DNA of 63,626 nucleotides, counting the filler. It is 4 parts of 4 records of this genome, joined end to end, with 100 filler letters (N's around TTAATTAATTAA, not from the genome) between each part and the next. Parts side by side here need not be neighbours in the genome. Positions count along the whole stretch, not along the records: positions 21,637 to 49,073 come from DRR723986_12860; positions 49,174 to 57,630 come from DRR723986_12867; 2 more parts are not named here. One strand, given 5' to 3'. Numbering within the stretch: position 1 is the first letter of the stretch; every line of letters starts with the position of its first letter. Shown in pieces: positions 42,186 through 51,768 of the stretch. The position numbers and the translations under genes were made by a program. Under the pieces are notes generated by a model. It did no database searches. It had not been told where the DNA came from and worked only from the letters and a program-made list of their open reading frames with translations.

Positions 42186-43343
42186 TTAATCCTCCCAGAA
42201 ATCAGGTTTTACATTTGTTCCTCTAAGCGTACAATCAGTACATGGTCTAGGCGATCCTCGATACCCAATTGGCTCCAATTCATTGAACTCAGAAAAAATT
42301 GGAAAAACAGGAACAAAGCTGCCACTAGCGAATGATTGGGCATATTCAGTTTTGGGTATGGTATCCGGTTCAACAAAACATCCTCCATAAGCGGGCTCAT
42401 AGACAATCCAAGGTGCTACTTCTTGCACAGATATAAACAATCTCTTTTGTCTAATCGTACCCAAGCTTACGAATCCTACCACAGGTGCATCAGGATCCTG
42501 ATCATTGTTGATGTTTCCTCCTATATTTGAAGGTAAGGGACTAAAAATCGAACCAATATCATCTGAGTTTTTACGAAGTATCTCCCAGAATTCTGACGCT
42601 TTTTTATCCAAGGCTTTCTGGGAAATCAAAATACTGTATTTTAATCCCAGTCGCTCATCATTTTTCAGAATTTGGGTTATTGACTGTCTGAAAACGAATT
42701 GATCTTCAAATCTTGAAGATGTTTCCAAGATCAAATCAGAGCTCACTGAACCTCGATAGCATAAGTCAGTTCTTTCATCTTGATCCCTATAAACTATATC
42801 TGCTGTCTCAGGATCAAATTTGTAATAAGACAGGAATTTAGGGCGAAAAGAATAGGTCTCCTCAAATGTCCACAAGAAATCATCCGCGTTTTCGTCTCCT
42901 TTAGTGGTCAAATAAACTTCAACTCCAAGCTCATTTTCCACAAAACCCACATCAATGATCTCAGGCGTGAGAATGGGCTGTAGCAAATCAGAAGTATAGC
43001 TTCTTCCTTCATTGGTTGAGATGTAGAGCCTGTAATTCTGATTTTCAGGAATATCATACGCAAACTCAAATTCTCCAGAGCCTAAATCTGTTAAAGGATA
43101 TTGCTCGCCAGATTCTGATCTCAGAAAAACTACAGCAGATGGATAGCTAGGTAAATAAGAATCAGTAGTCTGAATATTCTGGGTATAACTTAGCTTTAAC
43201 TTGCTAGGTAATCCCTCTGTATCCAAATACCCCTCCACTACCAAAACAGAAAGATCTGCGGGTTCAATTTCTGGATTGAATGGCTCTCTGCATCCACTAA
43301 GGAGCATCCCACAAAATAATATAAGTAGCACAAGTCTATTCAT
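42186..43343 (-). CDS. DUF4249-like lipoprotein
   Basis: LLSGC lipobox, LVVEGYL, GSIFSPLPS, C-terminal CTDC..RG...KPDFW. Confidence 0.82.
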   Translation of the reverse strand: MNRLVLLILFCGMLLSGCREPFNPEIEPADLSVLVVEGYLDTEGLPSKLKLSYTQNIQTTDSYLPSYPSAVVFLRSESGEQYPLTDLGSGEFEFAYDIPENQNYRLYISTNEGRSYTSDLLQPILTPEIIDVGFVENELGVEVYLTTKGDENADDFLWTFEETYSFRPKFLSYYKFDPETADIVYRDQDERTDLCYRGSVSSDLILETSSRFEDQFVFRQSITQILKNDERLGLKYSILISQKALDKKASEFWEILRKNSDDIGSIFSPLPSNIGGNINNDQDPDAPVVGFVSLGTIRQKRLFISVQEVAPWIVYEPAYGGCFVEPDTIPKTEYAQSFASGSFVPVFPIFSEFNELEPIGYRGSPRPCTDCTLRGTNVKPDFWED

Positions 43344-46078
43344 CAGAAACGGAAATTGTAGGTAATAAACGGAATAGGCTGAGCAAATATTGACAATTGA
43401 TAACCTCTTAATTGACCTTCTACAGGAGTGTAATAAACGGAGTAAGGATTGCTTCTACCTAACAAATTATAGACTCCAAGTGACCAGGAGGAATGTGCCA
43501 ATTTTTTAATCTTGTGACTCCCTTCCAGGTTGATGGAAAAGTCCACTCTAAAATAATCTGGTATTCTGTAGGCATTGCGATCCGAGAAATACACACGCTC
43601 TGATCCTGCATATTCAAACTTAGAAATAGGCAATGTGATTGGACGACCCGTGCTGTAATTAACATTTAAGGAAGTATTCACTCGCTTGCTCAATTCATAA
43701 TTGGCGGTAACTACCAAGTGATGCGGCTGATCAAAATTACTGGAGTAAAAGTCTCCATTATTAATTTTCTCAATACTTGGGTCATCTGAGGTTCTCATCA
43801 ACGAACGGGAATAAGTATAAGCAATAGATCCCTGTAGCAAGCCTGTGCTTTTCCTAAGCAAAAGCTCCACGCCGTAAGCTTTCCCATCAGAATTTAATAC
43901 ATCCTGTTCTATATTTTCATTAAGAATAATATTAGCTCCTGATCGATAATCCAGCAGGTTATTCATGTAGCGATAATAAACTTCTGTAGAAAACTCCAGC
44001 TTATTTTGCGCAAGATTTCTATAATAACCCACAGACGCCTGTCCTCCAGTTTGAGGCCGGATATAGGTATCGCTCAACTTCCAGGAATCAGTTGGCGCTA
44101 TGGATGACGTGTTGGACAACAAATGTATATTCTGTCGCATGGTGTTGAACCCAGCTTTAACAGAAGACCTATTATCTAGGGTATACCTTGCGGAAACCCT
44201 GAATTCAGGTCCATGATAGGTTTTGACATTTTCGCCATCAGCAAAAGTCTCCTCTCCTGTCACATTACTGTCGGTTATCGGAGCTCCTTCCACATATTGG
44301 TTCACGGTCATGGGCCCCAACAATTGATAGAACATATACCGACCTCCATAACTCACTGATAGCTTTTCTGAAACTGTAAATTCATCTCCAAAAAATAATG
44401 AGACCTCTCGGGCATTTTCCTCATCCAGCTCTTTTTCCAGTACAATGGATTCGGAACCATAGGGACTATTCCTTCCAGGATTTAGCTTATACTGAATACC
44501 ATGCACTCCAAAATTGAAAATATGCTTATCACTTTTTCGATATTCAAAATCAGCCTTTAAAAAGAGTTGATTAACATTAAATCCAAAATCGAAGGAATTA
44601 AGAGGGTTCTCTACTCCGATGATTCCAAATTCATAACTATCGCTCCCAACAGTAAATCTTCCTTCCAAGGCATCATTGAAGAAGTGCTTCCATCCTAATG
44701 CAACATTTACATTTTGGTAGGAGTAGGTAGTATCAGGGTCAAATCGAAAATCATCTTGACTCAAATAAGCGGTCAACTCCAACGTGTTTTGCTCATTAAT
44801 AGAATGCTGAATATTTGCGTTAATGTCATAGAAGGTGATTTTGCTATCATTCAAATCAGCTTCCTCGTCCAACAGGTTTAAAGCCCAATCCGAGTAAGTT
44901 GTTCTTCCTCCAATCATAAAAGTCGTCTTATCACCGATCGGACCATCCAGACTCAATCTACTCGTAAGGATACCTATACCACCAGATCCACCAATTTTGT
45001 CTTTTCTTCCAAATTTTGGGTCCACTTGCAATACAGAAGAAAGTCGTCCACCATAGTTGACAGGAATAGACCCTTTGTAGAGTTCTACTCCATTTACAAG
45101 GTCTGCATTGAATGCAGAGAAAAAGCCGAAAGCATGCGTGGGGTTGAAAATCGTAGAGTTTCCATAAAGAATTAAGTTTTGATCAGCTGCCCCACCACGA
45201 ACATTAAATCCAGAGGTAGCTTCACCAACTGTATTCACACCCGGCATTATCAGAATTCCCTTGAGCACATCCACCTCACCCAAGACCGCAGGAAGCCTTT
45301 TTACCTCTGCAATACTGATGGACTGAACCCCCATATCCAGCTTATTCACGTTCGAAAGCGCCCCAGAACTTACTACTACTTCATCAAGGGAAAGTATGGT
45401 CTCCTCGATACTCATATTGAATACTCCATCTCCTTTCAAATCTATTTGACGCTGCTCTTGAAAGCCTCCAATATTTTGCACCCAGATGGTATGTCTTCCC
45501 TTTGGAAGGGTGAGCTGATACTTTCCATTCTGATCTGTAGCGACCTGATTGTAGTCTACTTTCTCCAAAACAATCGCTCCATTCATTGGCTTGCCAGATT
45601 CAATGCTACTTACCACGCCACTCAATGTTGCTGTTTTAGACTGTGGATTATCCGCTGTCTTCCCAATCACAAATCGCTTGTTCTTATCAAATGCACCTAA
45701 GGAATCTCCAGGATTTGCCAGATTATCTTGCCGCTCTTGAACCAAAAAATAATCCTTTGGGAATTCAATCTGAATTTTTGCACCCTTTGTGATCCAAATT
45801 CTATTTGACATATCAACTGAATAGGTCAGGCCGGTCTCAGCAAGTGCTTGATTCAAAATCATCCTGATATCCGAATCGTTTGCCTGCAAATTGACTTGAA
45901 GATTCTCTATATCTCCCTTTTTGAAGAAAAATTTATAAGTAGATTCTGACTCGATCCGTTCTACAAATCTTTCAAATGGCACGCCTAAATACATTCCTGT
46001 AAACTTAGGGTTGTATGTCTGAGCCTCTAAATCTGTAAAAAAGAAAACAACTAAAATCAGGAGTAGAATTTTTTTCAT
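43343..46078 (-). CDS. TonB-dependent receptor (non-SusC) with N-terminal extension
   Basis: LDEVVV TonB-box-like, PGV, GFNVRGG..DQN, YGGRLSSV plug motifs; C-terminal YNFRF. Confidence 0.93.
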   Translation of the reverse strand: MKKILLLILVVFFFTDLEAQTYNPKFTGMYLGVPFERFVERIESESTYKFFFKKGDIENLQVNLQANDSDIRMILNQALAETGLTYSVDMSNRIWITKGAKIQIEFPKDYFLVQERQDNLANPGDSLGAFDKNKRFVIGKTADNPQSKTATLSGVVSSIESGKPMNGAIVLEKVDYNQVATDQNGKYQLTLPKGRHTIWVQNIGGFQEQRQIDLKGDGVFNMSIEETILSLDEVVVSSGALSNVNKLDMGVQSISIAEVKRLPAVLGEVDVLKGILIMPGVNTVGEATSGFNVRGGAADQNLILYGNSTIFNPTHAFGFFSAFNADLVNGVELYKGSIPVNYGGRLSSVLQVDPKFGRKDKIGGSGGIGILTSRLSLDGPIGDKTTFMIGGRTTYSDWALNLLDEEADLNDSKITFYDINANIQHSINEQNTLELTAYLSQDDFRFDPDTTYSYQNVNVALGWKHFFNDALEGRFTVGSDSYEFGIIGVENPLNSFDFGFNVNQLFLKADFEYRKSDKHIFNFGVHGIQYKLNPGRNSPYGSESIVLEKELDEENAREVSLFFGDEFTVSEKLSVSYGGRYMFYQLLGPMTVNQYVEGAPITDSNVTGEETFADGENVKTYHGPEFRVSARYTLDNRSSVKAGFNTMRQNIHLLSNTSSIAPTDSWKLSDTYIRPQTGGQASVGYYRNLAQNKLEFSTEVYYRYMNNLLDYRSGANIILNENIEQDVLNSDGKAYGVELLLRKSTGLLQGSIAYTYSRSLMRTSDDPSIEKINNGDFYSSNFDQPHHLVVTANYELSKRVNTSLNVNYSTGRPITLPISKFEYAGSERVYFSDRNAYRIPDYFRVDFSINLEGSHKIKKLAHSSWSLGVYNLLGRSNPYSVYYTPVEGQLRGYQLSIFAQPIPFITYNFRF

Positions 46079-46797
46079 TCGGCAAAACCGTTAAATGCGT
46101 TTGTACTAGCTTCTCTTAGTTTTGCTAATTCCAGGATATACCTTTCTTTATCGGTAGAAAAATAAAGAGACTTGCCTTTGAAATATTTCCTCACTTCCTT
46201 CTTATTGACCCCCAAACTCTTAATGGCTTGTTTTTTTCTCCGAACAAGTACAAATTCACCATCATACCAATAGAAAAAATCCGAGAACTCTTCGAATTTG
46301 TGAGTGAATTTACCTACCTCTTTTATTGGGTCTTTAGTCTTGTAATATTTTTTCAATACTTTGATTTTGCCATCACTCTCCACCCTGTAAAACCCATTCT
46401 TATCGTGCAGATAGCTTTCATTTCCTTCATATTTCCGAAATACGCTTCCATCTTTGAGTTGAAATTCCTCCACCTTTTCGGCATTAATTAAAATCTTTTG
46501 TCGGTGAATTGGGTGGAAAGTAATTACTTCATCCGCGTTTTCATCATATATTAATGGGACTTCTGTATACTTAATTTTATTGATGAACAGTGTACCTTCT
46601 CCAAAAGTCCTGTCCAGATAATACGGGTCGCCTTCATAGTTTCTCGGCGATTCTTGATATTGACCTCCCGTGATGAGCTCTTGAAAATAGGGTAGCTGAT
46701 CCTTGTATAAAGACAAATAAGTCTGAGACTGAGCAAACGAGTTGGCAGCAATCAGAAAAAACAGAAGAAAAGGTGCGAAAAAATTTATTTTTAGCAT
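46075..46797 (-). CDS. Hypothetical exported protein (first gene of the TBDR module)
   Basis: Signal peptide; 'GDPYY...GTL' pattern; 4-nt overlap with the TBDR. Confidence 0.75.
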   Translation of the reverse strand: MLKINFFAPFLLFFLIAANSFAQSQTYLSLYKDQLPYFQELITGGQYQESPRNYEGDPYYLDRTFGEGTLFINKIKYTEVPLIYDENADEVITFHPIHRQKILINAEKVEEFQLKDGSVFRKYEGNESYLHDKNGFYRVESDGKIKVLKKYYKTKDPIKEVGKFTHKFEEFSDFFYWYDGEFVLVRRKKQAIKSLGVNKKEVRKYFKGKSLYFSTDKERYILELAKLREASTNAFNGFAE

Positions 46798-46908
46798 ATG
46801 TTGGGCGCTATACTAGAACAGATTAATTTCTCTTTTGGCTAGAATAGTCTGAACGGTAGTTATAGTATTTGAATGGAATAAGCCTTCCATATTTTCAATA
46901 AACCTAAG

Positions 46909-47814
46909 ATGAATAGAAGAAATTTACTTAAAACTATTACGCTAGGAGCCACTGCTCTTCCTATTTTACCCGCTTTTGCCTCTACTACGCAAAAAAAGAA
47001 CGCAACGATACAATTTTCTCTAAACACGAGCACTTTACGTGGGCATAAACTTGATCTACCAAAGATCATAGAAGTTGCCGCCAAGGCAGGTTATGATGGA
47101 ATAGAACTCTGGATCTCAGAATTGGAAGCATATCTAGCGACAGGAAAATCACTGGCTTCGCTGAAAAAACTTTTCTCAGATGCAAACCTAATTCCAGTCA
47201 ATGCCATTGGCTTTGCGCCATGGATGGCTCAGGATGTGGCCAAAAGCAAAGCGGGGTTTGAGCAAATGGAAAAGGAAATGGGAATGTTGGCTGAAATCGG
47301 ATGCAAACGTGTAGCTGCTCCAGCTATCGGGGCAACAGATCCAATAGACTTGCTTGCAGCCGGCGAGCAATACGCCCGCTTGATCGCTCTGGGAAGGAAA
47401 ACAGGCGTCATGCCTCAACTGGAGTTTTGGGGTGCTTTCGAGCCCTTTCATCAGTTAGGTCAGGCTTTGGCCACCGCCGCAGCAGCCAATGACCCAGGTG
47501 CCCGATTGCTCCCGGATGTCTATCATTTGTTCCGTGGCGGCTCTGGATTTGAAGGATTGAAACTTATCAATGGAAGTGCCATCGAGGTATTTCATATGAA
47601 TGACTTTACTTCCAAACCGAGGCTAGACCAAAAGGACAGTGATCGGGTATATCCAGGAGATGGTATAGGCCCAATGAAAGAAATAGCTGCTACTCTCAAG
47701 GCAATGGGTGGTAATAAATTCCTGTCACTTGAGCTTTTCAATGAAACGTATTGGGCGCAGGATGCGCAGGAAGTAGCGAATACAGGCTTGAAGAAAATGA
47801 AGCAGTTTTTTTAG
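46909..47814 (+). CDS. Sugar phosphate isomerase/epimerase (xylose-isomerase-like TIM barrel), Tat-exported
   Basis: MNRRNLL; GYDGIELW, LEFWG, DVYH, HMND, RVYPGDG, SLELF. Confidence 0.9.
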   Translation: MNRRNLLKTITLGATALPILPAFASTTQKKNATIQFSLNTSTLRGHKLDLPKIIEVAAKAGYDGIELWISELEAYLATGKSLASLKKLFSDANLIPVNAIGFAPWMAQDVAKSKAGFEQMEKEMGMLAEIGCKRVAAPAIGATDPIDLLAAGEQYARLIALGRKTGVMPQLEFWGAFEPFHQLGQALATAAAANDPGARLLPDVYHLFRGGSGFEGLKLINGSAIEVFHMNDFTSKPRLDQKDSDRVYPGDGIGPMKEIAATLKAMGGNKFLSLELFNETYWAQDAQEVANTGLKKMKQFF

Positions 47815-47835
47815 AATAAAAAATGATTATAATCA

Positions 47836-47869
47836 AAAACCCCTTTCAATTGAATGTGAAAGGGGTTTT
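47836..47869. terminator. Bidirectional terminator between convergent genes
   Basis: AAAACCCCTTTCA...TGAAAGGGGTTTT. Confidence 0.8.
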
Positions 47870-47878
47870 CGTTTGTAT

Positions 47879-48904
47879 CTACTTTTCCATTTGATCAACC
47901 TCCTTCAAAAAACTTATCAAACCTGGGAAAAAATTCTCAGGATCATCGTATTGACTTAAGTGGCTCCCATTGGGACAAAGTAAAAATTGACCATTTGGCA
48001 ACTCATTTGACATCCACTCTAAATGAGCTGGATCCATAGTGTCATGAGTACCTGCTATGACTAACGTGGGAACAGTAATTTTCTTTAAATCTGCCTTTCG
48101 ATCCCAGCCTGCCAATGATGCACCTGGAGTTATCCCAAATTCACTATACCCCTGCATATAGACATAAACCTCAGGATTCACTTCTCCCATCATTTTGTTT
48201 ATTTCCGCAGGCCATTCATCAGCAGGCTTGCGAAGTACATGATAGGGATAATGATGCTCACCCAGCAATTCCATGTAGCGAGGATTTTCGAAGTCATTGT
48301 TCTTCTCTATTTCCATCAGCTCAGCAAATACTTCTTGAGGCATTTGAGGACCTAGAACTTCCTTAGCATATTTTTCATAGTCATCTAGGCTCGCCATCAT
48401 ATTGGAAATGATTAATCCTTTGAGATTCTCCTGATGTTGAAGTGCGTATTCTATCCCCAGCATTCCTCCCCAAGATTGGCCATAGAGGTAGAAATTATCT
48501 TTGTTAAGCCCCAGTGCAACTCGCACTTGCTCCACTTCATCCACAAAACGGTCGATTGTCCAAAGTGTGGAATCACTCGGCTGATCTGAAAATGCCGATC
48601 CCAACTGATCGTACCATATGAATTCGATTCCTTCTTGGGGTAGAAAGTCTATGAAATTCGAATATTGCTGATGAGTCATCCCTGGTCCACCATGAAGTAG
48701 CAAGACTTTAATGTCAGAATTTTCACCTACTCTCTGAGTATACACATTGAATTCTCCCTTTGGAGTTTGTATTGGGATCATCTTGATGCTTTCCTCAAAC
48801 TCATCTAAAGTTGATTCTGACTCGATAGACTCAGTTTGATTTGATGCTTGACAGGACGAAAAGATAATTGCTGCAGAAAGAACTAGAAACCAACCCGTTT
48901 TCAT
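47879..48904 (-). CDS. Proline iminopeptidase-family hydrolase, lipoprotein
   Basis: FSSC lipobox; HGGPG, YDQLG, GQSWGG, GTHD, NGSH. Confidence 0.9.
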   Translation of the reverse strand: MKTGWFLVLSAAIIFSSCQASNQTESIESESTLDEFEESIKMIPIQTPKGEFNVYTQRVGENSDIKVLLLHGGPGMTHQQYSNFIDFLPQEGIEFIWYDQLGSAFSDQPSDSTLWTIDRFVDEVEQVRVALGLNKDNFYLYGQSWGGMLGIEYALQHQENLKGLIISNMMASLDDYEKYAKEVLGPQMPQEVFAELMEIEKNNDFENPRYMELLGEHHYPYHVLRKPADEWPAEINKMMGEVNPEVYVYMQGYSEFGITPGASLAGWDRKADLKKITVPTLVIAGTHDTMDPAHLEWMSNELPNGQFLLCPNGSHLSQYDDPENFFPGLISFLKEVDQMEK

Positions 48905-49073
48905 AAGTAAGCCATTTTGTGAATTGTTAATCTAGCAGAAAGAAATCATAGATTCAACTTGAAATGAGCTTGATTTTCTTCATAGGATACGGTAGCTTCT
49001 TAAAGCTACGACCATAAAAAAATCCAAGCCTCTCGACTTGGAATTTTTAGACTAATAATTCAGACTTCTGACT

Positions 49074-49173
49074 NNNNNNNNNNNNNNNNNNNNNNNNNNN
49101 NNNNNNNNNNNNNNNNNTTAATTAATTAANNNNNNNNNNNNNNNNNNNNNNNNNNNNNNNNNNNNNNNNNNNN
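49074..49173. other. Artificial contig spacer
   Basis: N44-TTAATTAATTAA-N44. Confidence 0.99.
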
Positions 49174-49174
49174 G

Positions 49175-49882
49175 CTGGATTACGGCAACAACATCCGGCA
49201 GGTGGCGCTGGAGGAGGGGCTGGAGAATGCCTTCGCCTTCCCCGGCTTCGTGCCTGCCTATATCCGGCCGCTCTTTTGCCGGGGCATCGGGCCGTTCCGC
49301 TGGTGTGCTCTGTCTGGCGACCCGGAGGATATCTACAAGACCGACGCCAAGGTGAAGGAGCTGGTCGACGACCCGCATCTGCACAACTGGCTGGATATGG
49401 CGCGGGAACGCATTGCCTTTCAGGGCCTGCCCGCGCGGATCTGCTGGGTCGGTCTGGGCGTGCGCCACAAGCTGGGGCTGGCGTTCAACGAGATGGTCCG
49501 GAATGGCGAGCTGAAAGCGCCCGTGGTGATCGGCCGCGACCACTTGGACTCAGGCTCGGTCGCCTCGCCCAACCGGGAAACCGAGGCGATGAAGGACGGC
49601 TCGGATGCCGTATCCGACTGGCCGCTGCTGAACGCGCTTCTGAACACGGCGTCAGGGGCCACCTGGGTCAGCCTGCACCACGGCGGCGGCGTCGGCATGG
49701 GATTCAGCCAGCATTCGGGCATGGTGATCTGCTGCGACGGGACGGAAGACGCCGACCGGCGGCTGGAGCGCGTGCTGTGGAACGACCCGGCGACGGGGGT
49801 GATGCGCCACGCCGATGCGGGCTACGACATCGCCCTCGACTGCGCGCGGGAGCATGGGTTGGATTTGCCGGGGATTTTGTGA
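49175..49882 (+). CDS. hutU: Urocanate hydratase, 3' part (5'-truncated by contig edge)
   Basis: [46 protein letters not shown]. Confidence 0.97.
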   Translation: MDYGNNIRQVALEEGLENAFAFPGFVPAYIRPLFCRGIGPFRWCALSGDPEDIYKTDAKVKELVDDPHLHNWLDMARERIAFQGLPARICWVGLGVRHKLGLAFNEMVRNGELKAPVVIGRDHLDSGSVASPNRETEAMKDGSDAVSDWPLLNALLNTASGATWVSLHHGGGVGMGFSQHSGMVICCDGTEDADRRLERVLWNDPATGVMRHADAGYDIALDCAREHGLDLPGIL

Positions 49883-49994
49883 CGGGAAGCGGCCCCTCGA
49901 TAGCGAGGGGCCAGCCGCCTGGCAGGTCGGGGTGCAGGTGAGGGATGTTTTTGCTCGGAACCTGATGGTTGCTTCGAGTCCAGAGTTACGCCAG

Positions 49995-50576
49995 CTATTT
50001 TGAACCCTTTTTCAAAATTGAGAGGATTTTCGGCCCATAACTCTGCGCGAATTCTGTAGCATTTGATTGAAGTTCTACGCCATGCACCGCTTCATTCATC
50101 ACCGGCATTAAGTCTCTTAAGAGAACCGTGGCTTCATCCGGTATAGCGCCCAACCTCGCTAGCTCTTCAGACAACGTGCGAAGCGTTCGGGGTCGCCCGC
50201 GTGGGTCCGGAGATAGCATCACATCTTCGGCTATTTGTCGCAAGCGACGCTCAATCTGAACGCGAAGCATTGCTATTGCTAGGTTGGGGTCACTACCTTC
50301 AAAGTACTTGAATGCGTCTATGTCTTCTTGGTCTGGAGTAGTTTGACTTGCGTCTAACTGGCCCTCAACTTTCGCGAAAACAATTTCAAATCCACCTGGC
50401 GCATTAATCCTCTCAATAATTCCAAGCACCCAAGGTACGATGGCTAAAGCCAAAGCACCAGCGGCGATGGGTGAAAGTGTTCTCCAAAAAGTGTCAAATA
50501 GAGCGACTGCTATGCAAAAAACGCTGAGAGCAAATTTGAACCTGTAACTTGCCCACATTGATTTCATAAACTTCAT
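49995..50576 (-). CDS. Hypothetical protein: two N-terminal TM segments plus HEPN/DUF4145-like helical domain
   Basis: Hydrophobic N-terminus; 'DPNLAIAMLRVQIERRL' and 'LMPVMNEAVHG'; lower GC than the flanks. Confidence 0.65.
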   Translation of the reverse strand: MKFMKSMWASYRFKFALSVFCIAVALFDTFWRTLSPIAAGALALAIVPWVLGIIERINAPGGFEIVFAKVEGQLDASQTTPDQEDIDAFKYFEGSDPNLAIAMLRVQIERRLRQIAEDVMLSPDPRGRPRTLRTLSEELARLGAIPDEATVLLRDLMPVMNEAVHGVELQSNATEFAQSYGPKILSILKKGSK

Positions 50577-50946
50577 TATTCGCCCCTTGCGAATGACATA
50601 ACTCTCGACAACATAAATTATCGACAAGCCAATGCCAACTTCGTCCCGCTCTGCCGACCTCAAGCCTTCAACGTCTTGCCCCCCAAGCCTCCGAGCAACC
50701 ATTTCCCCTTGGCAGATCGCGCAAAGCCTGTCAGCGTGAGGGGCAGCGAAAGGCTTGAACGATGCTGGAGACGGTCCGACAGTTCCGCGACAGGCTGACA
50801 GGGAAATGGTCGGCGCGGTCCTGCTGGCCCTGTTTCATCATCAATATCCGCTCGTCGCCCGCTCTTTGATGATCCGTTGAAGCCGGGGCTTGGCCCCAGA
50901 TGACATGGCTGCCGAGATGGCAGCCCGGATGATTGGAGTTCTCCAG

Positions 50947-51732
50947 ATGACCCTGACCCCAGACCTGCCCAGGGTGCAGCAGGACTATACCCGCGATGGT
51001 GTTGTGCTGCTGCGCGATGCGGTGTCCCCCGAATGGATCGCCAAACTACGCGATGCGATCGACCTCGAAGTGCAAAGGGGCGAGCGCTATTTCGCCTACA
51101 AGAATATGCGCGAGAGGCCTGGTACGTTTCAGGATTATTGCCTGCAATCGGATATCGGCCAGCGCGTGGCCGAGGTGGCGGGCAGCCCGTGGACGTCGCT
51201 GATCTATGACCAGATTTTCGTGAAGGAGCCGGGGACGAAGACCCAGACCGGTTGGCATACGGACCAGCCCTATTGGCCGGTGTCGGGGCCGATCATGACC
51301 ATGTGGATCGCCCTCGACGAGGTCGACGCCGACAATGGCGCGCTTGAATTCGTGCGCGGATCACACTCGTGGGGGGCCAAGTATCGGCCCTTCAAGACCG
51401 ATCAGCTCGGTGCGTTTTCGCATTACCTGGAAGAGGGAAACCCCGACTATATCGACATGCCGGATTTCGAGGCGGATCGGGCGGAGTATGATATCTTCCA
51501 CTTCCCCCATATGAACCCCGGCGATGCGCTGGCCTTCGACGGGATGAGCGTGCATTCGGCCATGGGCAACCGCACCTCGACCCACAGACGGCGGGGCTAT
51601 GCGATCCGTTTCGCGGTGGAGGGCGCTATCTATGATCCGCGTGATGAGGTCACTGAATGGCTACATGATGACAGCCTGCCCAAGGGCGCGCCGTTCAAGG
51701 GTGGGCGCTTCCCGGTGATCTACGCGGCCTGA
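50947..51732 (+). CDS. Phytanoyl-CoA dioxygenase (PhyH) family Fe(II)/2-oxoglutarate oxygenase
   Basis: WHTD...H facial triad (SVHSA), WIALD, NGAL..VRGSH, RRRG. Confidence 0.92.
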   Translation: MTLTPDLPRVQQDYTRDGVVLLRDAVSPEWIAKLRDAIDLEVQRGERYFAYKNMRERPGTFQDYCLQSDIGQRVAEVAGSPWTSLIYDQIFVKEPGTKTQTGWHTDQPYWPVSGPIMTMWIALDEVDADNGALEFVRGSHSWGAKYRPFKTDQLGAFSHYLEEGNPDYIDMPDFEADRAEYDIFHFPHMNPGDALAFDGMSVHSAMGNRTSTHRRRGYAIRFAVEGAIYDPRDEVTEWLHDDSLPKGAPFKGGRFPVIYAA

Positions 51733-51736
51733 AGAG

Positions 51737-51767
51737 GGCAGGGGCCGGGTCAGTCCCGGCCCTTGCC
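51737..51767. terminator. Hairpin between the convergent PhyH and acyltransferase genes
   Basis: GGCAGGGGCCGGG-TCAGT-CCCGGCCCTTGCC. Confidence 0.6.
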
Positions 51768-51768
51768 G

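Noticed and set aside
50705-50880. c-di-GMP-I, glycine or cobalamin riboswitch (CGCAAAGCC, GGAGA, GGGAA fragments)
   Set aside because: Only isolated short words match; the required stems and order of conserved elements are missing
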